From Azolla caroliniana (taxonomy: Eukaryota; Plantae; Polypodiophyta), in contig JBHGNT010000032.1 of NCBI GenBank assembly GCA_043228905.1, positions 124,001 through 188,000 of the forward strand: a stretch of DNA of 64,000 nt, in the 5' to 3' direction. The notes beneath the pieces are model-generated. The model had not been told where the DNA came from. It saw nothing but the letters and a program-made list of their open reading frames with translations, and did no database searches. Numbering within the stretch: the first letter of the stretch is position 1; the number at the start of each line of letters is the position of its first letter. A program made the translations under genes and the position numbers. Of the stretch, positions 1 to 12,500 are shown piece by piece.

Positions 1-3000
1 ATCTTGATTTTTTAATTCCATATCATAGCTCGCGTTGTTGGCTTCGATTCGCATGTTTGAACACAAAAATCCGATATCACACGAGCCAGGTATGAACATT
101 TTAATTTACTCAAGGGCTCCTCTCAACTCCCTCCTCAAGTTTGCTATTTTCGTCATGTCTCTCGACCTGAGTTTGAAATTCTTGATTTTTTAATTCCATA
201 TCATAGCTAGCGTTGTTAGCTTCGATTTGCATGTTTGAACACAAAAATCCGATATCACACGACCCAGGTATGAACATTTTAATCTACTCAAGGGCTCCTC
301 TCAACTCCCTCCTCAAGTTTGCTATTTTCTTCATGTCTCTCGACCTGAGTTTCAAAATCTTGATTTTTTAATTCCATATCATAGCTAGCGTTTCAAGCTT
401 CGATTTGCATGTTTGAACACAAAAATCCGATATCACACGAGCCAGGTATGAACATTTTAATTTACTCAAGGGCTCCTCTCAACTCCCTCCTCAAGTTTGT
501 TATTTTCGTCATGTCTCTCGACCTGAGTTTCAAAATCTTGATTTTTTAATTCCATATCAGAGCTCGCGTTGTTGGCTTCGATTCGCATGTTTGAACACAA
601 AAATCCGATATCACACGAGCCAGGTATGAACATTTTAATTTACTCAAGGGCTCCTCTCAACTCCCTCCTCAAGTTTGCTATTTTCGTCATGTCTCTCGAC
701 CTGAGTTTGAAATTCTTGATTTTTTAATTCCATATCATAGCTAGCGTCGTTAGCTTCGATTTGCATGTTTGAACACAAAAATCCGATATCACACGACCCA
801 GGTATGAACATTTTAATCTACTCAAGGGCTCCTCTCAACTCCCTCCTCAAGTTTGCTATTTTCTTCATGTCTCTCGACCTGAGTTTCAAAATCTTGATTT
901 TTTAATTCCATATCATAGCTAGCGTTTCAAGCTTCGATTTGCATGTTTGAACACAAAAATCCGATATCACACGAGCCAGGTATGAACATTTTAATTTACT
1001 CAAGGGCTGTTCTCAACTCACTCTTCAAATTTGCTATTTTCGTCATGTCTCTCGACCTGAGTTTCAAAATCTTGATTTTATAATTCCATATCATAGCTCG
1101 CGTTGTTGGCTTCAATTCGCATGTTTGAACACAAAAATCCGATATCACACGAGCCAGGTATGAACATTTTAATTTACTCAAGGGCTCCTCTCAACTCCCT
1201 CCTCAAGTTTGCTATTTTCGTCATGTCTCTCGACCTGAGTTTGAAATTCTTGATTTTTTAATTCCATATCATAGCTAGCGTCGTTAGCTTCGATTTGCAT
1301 GTTTGAACACAAAAATCCGATATCACACGACCCAGGTATGAACATTTTAATCTACTCAAGGGCTCCTCTCAACTCCCTCCTCAAGTTTGCTATTTTCTTC
1401 ATGTCTCTCGACCTGAGTTTCAAAATCTTGATTTTTTAATTCCATATCATAGCTAGCGTTTCAAGCTTCGATTTGCATGTTTGAACACAAAAATCCGATA
1501 TCACACGAGCCAGGTATGAACATTTTAATTTACTCAAGGGCTCCTCTCAACTCCCTCCTCAAGTTTGCTATTTTCGTCATGTCTCTTGACCTGAGTTTCA
1601 AAATCTTGATTTTTTAATTCCATATCATACCTCACGTAGTTGGCTTCGATTCGCATGTTTGAACACAAAAATCCGATATCACACGAGCCAGGTATGAACA
1701 TTTTAATTACATAAGGGCTCCTCTCAACTCCCTCCTCAAGTTTGCTATTTTCTTCATGTCTCTCGACCTGAGTTTCAAAATCTTGATTTTTTAATTCCAT
1801 ATCATACCTCACGTAGTTGGCTTCGATTCGCATGTTTGAACACAAAAATCCGATATCACACGAGCCAGGTATGAACATTTTAATTAACTCAAGGGCTGTT
1901 CTCAACTCACTCCTCAAATTTGCTATTTTCGTCATGTCTCTCGACCTGAGTTTCAAAATCTTGATTTTTTAATTCCATATCATAGCTCGCGTTGTTGGCT
2001 TCGATTCGCATGTTTGAACACAAAAATCCGATATCACACGAGCCAGGTATGAACATTTTAATTTACTCAAGGGCTCCTCTCAACTCCCTCCTCAAGTTTG
2101 CTATTTTCGTCATGTCTCTCGACCTGAGTTTGAAATTCTTGATTTTTTAATTCCATATCATAGCTAGCGTTGTTAGCTTCGATTTGCATGTTTGAACACA
2201 AAAATCCGATATCACACGACCCAGGTATGAACATTTTAATCTACTCAAGGGCTCCTCTCAACTCCCTCCTCAAGTTTGCTATTTTCTTCATGTCTCTCGA
2301 CCTGAGTTTCAAAATCTTGATTTTTTAATTCCATATCATAGCTAGCGTTTCAAGCTTCGATTTGCATGTTTGAACACAAAAATCCGATATCACACGAGCC
2401 AGGTATGAACATTTTAATTTACTCAAGGGCTCCTCTCAACTCCCTCCTCAAGTTTGTTATTTTCGTCATGTCTCTCGACCTGAGTTTCAAAATCTTGATT
2501 TTTTAATTCCATATCAGAGCTCGCGTTGTTGGCTTCGATTCGCATGTTTGAACACAAAAATCCGATATCACACGAGCCAGGTATGAACATTTTAATTTAC
2601 TCAAGGGCTCCTCTCAACTCCCTCCTCAAGTTTGCTATTTTCGTCATGTCTCTCGACCTGAGTTTGAAATTCTTGATTTTTTAATTCCATATCATAGCTA
2701 GCGTCGTTAGCTTCGATTTGCATGTTTGAACACAAAAATCCGATATCACACGACCCAGGTATGAACATTTTAATCTACTCAAGGGCTCCTCTCAACTCCC
2801 TCCTCAAGTTTGCTATTTTCTTCATGTCTCTCGACCTGAGTTTCAAAATCTTGATTTTTTAATTCCATATCATAGCTAGCGTTTCAAGCTTCGATTTGCA
2901 TGTTTGAACACAAAAATCCGATATCACACGAGCCAGGTATGAACATTTTAATTTACTCAAGGGCTGTTCTCAACTCACTCTTCAAATTTGCTATTTTCGT

Positions 3001-3524
3001 CATGTCTCTCGACCTGAGTTTCAAAATCTTGATTTTATAATTCCATATCATAGCTCGCGTTGTTGGCTTCAATTCGCATGTTTGAACACAAAAATCCGAT
3101 ATCACACGAGCCAGGTATGAACATTTTAATTTACTCAAGGGCTCCTCTCAACTCCCTCCTCAAGTTTGCTATTTTCGTCATGTCTCTCGACCTGAGTTTG
3201 AAATTCTTGATTTTTTAATTCCATATCATAGCTAGCGTCGTTAGCTTCGATTTGCATGTTTGAACACAAAAATCCGATATCACACGACCCAGGTATGAAC
3301 ATTTTAATCTACTCAAGGGCTCCTCTCAACTCCCTCCTCAAGTTTGCTATTTTCTTCATGTCTCTCGACCTGAGTTTCAAAATCTTGATTTTTTAATTCC
3401 ATATCATAGCTAGCGTTTCAAGCTTCGATTTGCATGTTTGAACACAAAAATCCGATATCACACGAGCCAGGTATGAACATTTTAATTTACTCAAGGGCTC
3501 CTCTCAACTCCCTCCTCAAGTTTG
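1..3524. repeat. 11-monomer period (1957 bp): 1-1567 repeated at 1958-3524; unit = (A-B-C)x3 + D-D
   Basis: Identical ORFs at 996 and 2953 (offset 1957 = 11x178-1). Same order of variants (AGAGCTCGCG, CTGTTCTC/CACTCTTC, TTTTATAA). First mismatch is 1568 C vs 3525 T. Confidence 0.85.
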
Positions 3525-6500
3525 TTATTTTCGTCATGTCTCTCGACCTGAGTTTCAAAATCTTGATTTTTTAATTCCATATCATACCTCACGTAGTTGG
3601 CTTCGATTCGCATGTTTGAACACAAAAATCCGATATCACACGACCCAGGTATGAACATTTTAATTACTTAACGGCTCCTCTCAACTCCCTCCTCAAGTTT
3701 GCTATTTTCGTCATGTCTCTCGACCTGAGTTTCAAAATCTTGATTTTTTAATTCCATATCATAGCTCGCGTTGTTGGCTTCGATTCGCATGTTTGAACAC
3801 AAAAATCCGATATCACACGAGCCAGGTATGAACATTTTAATTTACTCAAGGGCTCCTCTCAACTCCCTCCTCAAGTTTGCTATTTTCGTCATGTATCTCG
3901 ACCTGAGTTTGAAATTCTTGATTTTTTAATTCCATATCATAGCTAGCGTCGTTAGCTTCGATTTGCATGTTTGAACACAAAAATCCGATATCACACGACC
4001 CAGGTATGAACATTTTAATCTACTCAAGGGCTCCTCTCAACTCCCTCCTCAAGTTTGCTATTTTCGTCATGTCTCTCGACCTGAGTTTCAAAATCTTGAT
4101 TTTTTAATTCCATATCATACCTCACGTAGTTGGCTTCGATTCGCATGTTTGAACACAAAAAGCCGATATCACACGAGCCAGGTATGAACATTTTAATTAC
4201 TTAAGGGCTCCTCTCAACTCCCTCCTCAAGTTTGCTATTTTCGTCATGTCTCTCGACCTGAGTTTCAAAATCTTGATTTTTTAATTCCATATCATACCTC
4301 ACGTAGTTGGCTTCGATTCGCATGTTTGAACACAAAAATCCGATATCACACGAGCCAGGTATGAACATTTTAATTAACTCAAGGGCTGTTCTCAACTCAC
4401 TCCTCAAATTTGCTATTTTCGTCATGTCTCTCGACCTGAGTTTCAAAATCTTGATTTTTTAATTCCATATCATAGCTCGCGTTGTTGGCTTCGATTCGCA
4501 TGTTTGAACACAAAAATCCGATATCACACGAGCCAGGTATGAACATTTTAATTTACTCAAGGGCTCCTCTCAACTCCCTCCTCAAGTTTGCTATTTTCGT
4601 CATGTCTCTCGACCTGAGTTTGAAATTCTTGATTTTTTAATTCCATATCATAGCTAGCGTTGTTAGCTTCGATTTGCATGTTTGAACACAAAAATCCGAT
4701 ATCACACGACCCAGGTATGAACATTTTAATCTACTCAAGGGCTCCTCTCAACTCCCTCCTCAAGTTTGCTATTTTCTTCATGTCTCTCGACCTGAGTTTC
4801 AAAATCTTGATTTTTTAATTCCATATCATAGCTAGCGTTTCAAGCTTCGATTTGCATGTTTGAACACAAAAATCCGATATCACACGAGCCAGGTATGAAC
4901 ATTTTAATTTACTCAAGGGCTCCTCTCAACTCCCTCCTCAAGTTTGTTATTTTCGTCATGTCTCTCGACCTGAGTTTCAAAATCTTGATTTTTTAATTCC
5001 ATATCATACCTCACGTAGTTGGCTTCGATTCGCATGTTTGAACACAAAAATCCGATATCACACGAGCCAGGTATGAACATTTTAATTTACTCAAGGGCTC
5101 CTCTCAACTCCCTCCTCAAGTTTGCTATTTTCGTCATGTATCTCGACCTGAGTTTGAAATTCTTGATTTTTTAATTGCATATCTTAGCTAGCGTTGTTAG
5201 CTTCGATTCGCATGTTTGAACACAAAAATCCGATATCACACGAGCCAGGTATGAACATTTTAATTTACTCAAGGGCTCCTCTCAACTCCCTCCTCAAGTT
5301 TGCTATTTTCGTCATGTCTCTCGACCTGAGTTTCAAAATCTTGATTTTATAATTCCATATCATAGCTCGCGTTGTTGGCTTCAATTCGCATGTTTGAACA
5401 CAAAAATCCGATATCACACGAGCCAGGTATGAACATTTTAATTTACTCAAGGGCTCCTCTCAACTCCCTCCTCAAGTTTGCTATTTTCGTCATGTCTCTC
5501 GACCTGAGTTTGAAATTCTTGATTTTTTAATTCCATATCATAGCTAGCGTCGTTAGCTTCGATTTGCATGTTTGAACACAAAAATCCGATATCACACGAC
5601 CCAGGTATGAACATTTTAATCTACTCAAGGGCTCCTCTCAACTCCCTTCTCAAGTTTGCTATTTTCTTCATGTCTCTCGACCTGAGTTTCAAAATCTTGA
5701 TTCTTTAATTCCATATCATAGCTAGCGTTTCAAGCTTCGATTTGCATGTTTGAACACAAAAATCCGATATCACACGAGCCAGGTATGAACACTTTAATTT
5801 ACTCAAGGGCTCCTCTCAACTCCCTCCTCAAGTTTGCTATTTTCGTCATGTCTCTTGACCTGAGTTTCAAAATCTTGATTTTTTAATTTCATATCATACC
5901 TCACGTAGTTGGCTTCGATTCGCATGTTTGAACACAAAAATCCGATATCACACGAGCCAGGTATGAACATTTTAATTACTTGAGGGCTCCTCTCAACTCC
6001 CTCCTCAAGTTTGCTATTTTCGTCATGTCTCTTGACCTGAGTTTCAAAATCTTGATTTTTTAATTTCATATCATACCTCACGTAGTTGGCTTCGATTCGC
6101 ATGTTTGAACACAAAAATCCGATATCACACGACCCAGGTATGAACATTTTAATCTACTCAAGGGCTCCTCTCAACTCCCTCCTCAAGTTTGCTATTTTCA
6201 TCTTGTCTCTCGACCTGAGTTTCAAAATCTTGATTTTTTAATTCCATATCATAGCTCGCGTTGTTGGCTTCGATTCGCATGTTTGAACACAAAAATCCGA
6301 TATCACACGAGCCAGGTATGAACATTTTAATTTACTCAAGGGCTCCTCTCAACTCCCTGCTCAAGTTTGCTATTTTCGTCATGTCTCTCGACCTGAGTTT
6401 GAAATTCTTGATTTTTTAATTCCATATCATAGCTAGCGTTGTTAGCTTCGATTTGCATGTTTGAACACAAAAATCCGATATCACACGACCCAGGTATGAA

Positions 6501-9500
6501 CATTTTAATCTACTCAAGGGCTCCTCTCAACTCCCTCCTCAAGTTTGCTATTTTCTTCATGTCTCTCGACCTGAGTTTCAGAATCTTGATTTTTTAATTC
6601 CATATCATAGCTAGCGTTTCAAGCTTCGATTTGCATGTTTGAACACAAAAATCCGATATCACACGAGCCAGGTATGAACATTTTAATTTACTCAAGGGCT
6701 CCTCTCAACTCCCTCCTCAAGTTTGTTATTTTCGTCATGTCTCTCGACCTGAGTTTCAAAATCTTGATTTTTTAATTCCATATCATACCTCACGTAGTTG
6801 GCTTCGATTCGCATGTTTGAACACAAAAATCCGATATCACACGAGCCAGGTATGAACATTTTAATTTACTCAAGGGCTCCTCTCAACTCCCTCCTCAAGT
6901 TTGCTATTTTCGTCATGTATCTCGACCTGAGTTTGAAATTCTTGATTTTTTAATTGCATATCTTAGCTAGCGTTGTTAGCTTCGATTCGCATGTTTGAAC
7001 ACAAAAATCCGATATCACACGAGCCAGGTATGAACATTTTAATTTACTCAAGGGCTGTTCTCAACTCACTCTTCAAATTTGCTATTTTCGTCATGTCTCT
7101 CGCGATTAGGTTTAAAATCTTGATTTTATAATTCCATATCATAGCTCGCGTTGTTGGCTTCAATTCGCATGTTTGAACACAAAAATCCGATATCACACGA
7201 GCCAGGTATGAACATTTTAATTTACTCAAGGGCTCCTCTCAACTCCCTCCTCAAGTTTGCTATTTTCGTCATGTCTCTCGACCTGAGTTTGAAATTCTTG
7301 ATTTTTTAATTCCATATCATAGCTAGCGTCGTTAGCTTCGATTTGCATGTTTGAACACAAAAATCCGATATCACACGACCCAGGTATGAACATTTTAATC
7401 TACTCAAGGGCTCCTCTCAACTCCCTTCTCAAGTTTGCTATTTTCTTCATGTCTCTCGACCTGAGTTTCAAAATCTTGATTCTTTAATTCCATATCATAG
7501 CTAGCGTTTCAAGCTTCGATTTGCATGTTTGAACACAAAAATCCGATATCACACGAGCCAGGTATGAACACTTTAATTTACTCAAGGGCTCCTCTCAACT
7601 CCCTCCTCAAGTTTGCTATTTTCGTCATGTCTCTTGACCTGAGTTTCAAAATCTTGATTTTTTAATTCCATATCATACCTCACGTAGTTGGCTTCGATTC
7701 GCATGTTTGAACACAAAAATCCGATATCACACGAGCCAGGTATGAACATTTTAATTACATAAGGGCTCCTCTCAACTCCCTCCTCAAGTTTGCTATTTTC
7801 GTCATGTCTCTCGACCTGAGTTTCAAAATCTTGATTTTTTAATTCCATATCATAGCTAGCGTTTCAAGCTTCGATTTGCATGTTTGAACACAAAAATCCG
7901 ATATCACACGAGCCAGGTATGAACATTTTTATTTACTCAAGGGCTCCTCTCAACTCCCTCCTCAAGTTTGCTATTTTCGTCATGTCTCTCGACCTGAGTT
8001 TCAAAATCTTGATTTTATAATTCCATATCATAGCTCGCGTTGTTGGCTTCAATTCGCATGTTTGAACACAAAAATCCGATATCACACGAGCCAGGTATGA
8101 ACATTTTAATTTACTCAAGGGCTCCTCTCAACTCCCTCCTCAAGTTTGCTATTTTCGTCATGTCTCTCGACCTGAGTTTGAAATTCTTGATTTTTTAATT
8201 CCATATCATAGCTAGCGTCGTTAGCTTCGATTTGCATGTTTGAACACAAAAATCCGATATCACACGACCCAGGTATGAACATTTTAATCTACTCAAGGGC
8301 TCCTCTCAACTCCCTTCTCAAGTTTGCTATTTTCTTCATGTCTCTCGACCTGAGTTTCAAAATCTTGATTCTTTAATTCCATATCATAGCTAGCGTTTCA
8401 AGCTTCGATTTGCATGTTTGAACACAAAAATCCGATATCACACGAGCCAGGTATGAACACTTTAATTTACTCAAGGGCTCCTCTCAACTCCCTCCTCAAG
8501 TTTGCTATTTTCGTCATGTCTCTTGACCTGAGTTTCAAAATCTTGATTTTTTAATTTCATATCATACCTCACGTAGTTGGCTTCGATTCGCATGTTTGAA
8601 CACAAAAATCCGATATCACACGAGCCAGGTATGAACACTTTAATTTACTCAAGGGCTCCTCTCAACTCCCTCCTCAAGTTTGCTATTTTCGTCATGTCTC
8701 TTGACCTGAGTTTCAAAATCTTGATTTTTTAATTCCATATCATACCTCACGTAGTTGGCTTCGATTCGCATGTTTGAACACAAAAATCCGATATCACACG
8801 AGCCAGGTATGAACATTTTAATTACATAAGGGCTCCTCTCAACTCCCTCCTCAAGTTTGCTATTTTCTTCATGTCTCTCGACCTGAGTTTCAAAATCTTG
8901 ATTTTTTAATTCCATATCATACCTCACGTAGTTGGCTTCGATTCGCATGTTTGAACACAAAAATCCGATATCACACGAGCCAGGTATGAACATTTTAATT
9001 AACTCAAGGGCTGTTCTCAACTCACTCCTCAAATTTGCTATTTTCGTCATGTCTCTCGACCTGAGTTTCAAAATCTTGATTTTTTAATTCCATATCATAG
9101 CTCGCGTTGTTGGCTTCGATTCGCATGTTTGAACACAAAAATCCGATATCACACGAGCCAGGTATGAACATTTTAATTTACTCAAGGGCTCCTCTCAACT
9201 CCCTCCTCAAGTTTGCTATTTTCGTCATGTCTCTCGACCTGAGTTTGAAATTCTTGATTTTTTAATTCCATATCATAGCTAGCGTTGTTAGCTTCGATTT
9301 GCATGTTTGAACACAAAAATCCGATATCACACGACCCAGGTATGAACATTTTAATCTACTCAAGGGCTCCTCTCAACTCCCTCCTCAAGTTTGCTATTTT
9401 CTTCATGTCTCTCGACCTGAGTTTCAAAATCTTGATTTTTTAATTCCATATCATAGCTAGCGTTTCAAGCTTCGATTTGCATGTTTGAACACAAAAATCC

Positions 9501-12500
9501 GATATCACACGAGCCAGGTATGAACATTTTAATTTACTCAAGGGCTCCTCTCAACTCCCTCCTCAAGTTTGTTATTTTCGTCATGTCTCTCGACCTGAGT
9601 TTCAAAATCTTGATTTTTTAATTCCATATCAGAGCTCGCGTTGTTGGCTTCGATTCGCATGTTTGAACACAAAAATCCGATATCACACGAGCCAGGTATG
9701 AACATTTTAATTTACTCAAGGGCTCCTCTCAACTCCCTCCTCAAGTTTGCTATTTTCGTCATGTCTCTCGACCTGAGTTTGAAATTCTTGATTTTTTAAT
9801 TCCATATCATAGCTAGCGTCGTTAGCTTCGATTTGCATGTTTGAACACAAAAATCCGATATCACACGACCCAGGTATGAACATTTTAATCTACTCAAGGG
9901 CTCCTCTCAACTCCCTCCTCAAGTTTGCTATTTTCTTCATGTCTCTCGACCTGAGTTTCAAAATCTTGATTTTTTAATTCCATATCATAGCTAGCGTTTC
10001 AAGCTTCGATTTGCATGTTTGAACACAAAAATCCGATATCACACGAGCCAGGTATGAACATTTTAATTTACTCAAGGGCTGTTCTCAACTCACTCTTCAA
10101 ATTTGCTATTTTCGTCATGTCTCTCGACCTGAGTTTCAAAATCTTGATTTTATAATTCCATATCATAGCTCGCGTTGTTGGCTTCAATTCGCATGTTTGA
10201 ACACAAAAATCCGATATCACACGAGCCAGGTATGAACATTTTAATTTACTCAAGGGCTCCTCTCAACTCCCTCCTCAAGTTTGCTATTTTCGTCATGTCT
10301 CTCGACCTGAGTTTGAAATTCTTGATTTTTTAATTCCATATCATAGCTAGCGTCGTTAGCTTCGATTTGCATGTTTGAACACAAAAATCCGATATCACAC
10401 GACCCAGGTATGAACATTTTAATCTACTCAAGGGCTCCTCTCAACTCCCTCCTCAAGTTTGCTATTTTCTTCATGTCTCTCGACCTGAGTTTCAAAATCT
10501 TGATTTTTTAATTCCATATCATAGCTAGCGTTTCAAGCTTCGATTTGCATGTTTGAACACAAAAATCCGATATCACACGAGCCAGGTATGAACATTTTAA
10601 TTTACTCAAGGGCTCCTCTCAACTCCCTCCTCAAGTTTGTTATTTTCGTCATGTCTCTCGACCTGAGTTTCAAAATCTTGATTTTTTAATTCCATATCAT
10701 ACCTCACGTAGTTGGCTTCGATTCGCATGTTTGAACACAAAAATCCGATATCACACGACCCAGGTATGAACATTTTAATTACTTAACGGCTCCTCTCAAC
10801 TCCCTCCTCAAGTTTGCTATTTTCGTCATGTCTCTCGACCTGAGTTTCAAAATCTTGATTTTTTAATTCCATATCATAGCTCGCGTTGTTGGCTTCGATT
10901 CGCATGTTTGAACACAAAAATCCGATATCACACGAGCCAGGTATGAACATTTTAATTTACTCAAGGGCTCCTCTCAACTCCCTCCTCAAGTTTGCTATTT
11001 TCGTCATGTATCTCGACCTGAGTTTGAAATTCTTGATTTTTTAATTCCATATCATAGCTAGCGTCGTTAGCTTCGATTTGCATGTTTGAACACAAAAATC
11101 CGATATCACACGACCCAGGTATGAACATTTTAATCTACTCAAGGGCTCCTCTCAACTCCCTCCTCAAGTTTGCTATTTTCGTCATGTCTCTCGACCTGAG
11201 TTTCAAAATCTTGATTTTTTAATTCCATATCATACCTCACGTAGTTGGCTTCGATTCGCATGTTTGAACACAAAAAGCCGATATCACACGAGCCAGGTAT
11301 GAACATTTTAATTACTTAAGGGCTCCTCTCAACTCCCTCCTCAAGTTTGCTATTTTCGTCATGTCTCTCGACCTGAGTTTCAAAATCTTGATTTTTTAAT
11401 TCCATATCATACCTCACGTAGTTGGCTTCGATTCGCATGTTTGAACACAAAAATCCGATATCACACGAGCCAGGTATGAACATTTTAATTAACTCAAGGG
11501 CTGTTCTCAACTCACTCCTCAAATTTGCTATTTTCGTCATGTCTCTCGACCTGAGTTTCAAAATCTTGATTTTTTAATTCCATATCATAGCTCGCGTTGT
11601 TGGCTTCGATTCGCATGTTTGAACACAAAAATCCGATATCACACGAGCCAGGTATGAACATTTTAATTTACTCAAGGGCTCCTCTCAACTCCCTCCTCAA
11701 GTTTGCTATTTTCGTCATGTCTCTCGACCTGAGTTTGAAATTCTTGATTTTTTAATTCCATATCATAGCTAGCGTTGTTAGCTTCGATTTGCATGTTTGA
11801 ACACAAAAATCCGATATCACACGACCCAGGTATGAACATTTTAATCTACTCAAGGGCTCCTCTCAACTCCCTCCTCAAGTTTGCTATTTTCTTCATGTCT
11901 CTCGACCTGAGTTTCAAAATCTTGATTTTTTAATTCCATATCATAGCTAGCGTTTCAAGCTTCGATTTGCATGTTTGAACACAAAAATCCGATATCACAC
12001 GAGCCAGGTATGAACATTTTAATTTACTCAAGGGCTCCTCTCAACTCCCTCCTCAAGTTTGTTATTTTCGTCATGTCTCTCGACCTGAGTTTCAAAATCT
12101 TGATTTTTTAATTCCATATCATACCTCACGTAGTTGGCTTCGATTCGCATGTTTGAACACAAAAATCCGATATCACACGAGCCAGGTATGAACATTTTAA
12201 TTTACTCAAGGGCTCCTCTCAACTCCCTCCTCAAGTTTGCTATTTTCGTCATGTATCTCGACCTGAGTTTGAAATTCTTGATTTTTTAATTGCATATCTT
12301 AGCTAGCGTTGTTAGCTTCGATTCGCATGTTTGAACACAAAAATCCGATATCACACGAGCCAGGTATGAACATTTTAATTTACTCAAGGGCTCCTCTCAA
12401 CTCCCTCCTCAAGTTTGCTATTTTCGTCATGTCTCTCGACCTGAGTTTCAAAATCTTGATTTTATAATTCCATATCATAGCTCGCGTTGTTGGCTTCAAT

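Noticed and set aside
1-178. Identity with Arabidopsis CEN178 or primate alpha satellite
   Set aside because: Only the length is similar. I recognise no sequence similarity from memory, and a database search is needed.
1-178. Tandem 5S rRNA, tRNA, snRNA or spliced-leader gene array
   Set aside because: No recognisable 5S sequence, tRNA cloverleaf or T-loop, or Pol III A/B/C boxes on either strand.
1-190. Phased A/T tracts causing strong DNA curvature
   Set aside because: Tracts at about 8-13, 65-69, 99-102, 147-150 and 172-179 are too sparse to show a sustained 10-bp periodicity by eye.
7106-7110. TTAGG telomere-like pentamer in the complex variant
   Set aside because: A single 5-mer is expected by chance, and there are no tandem telomeric repeats.
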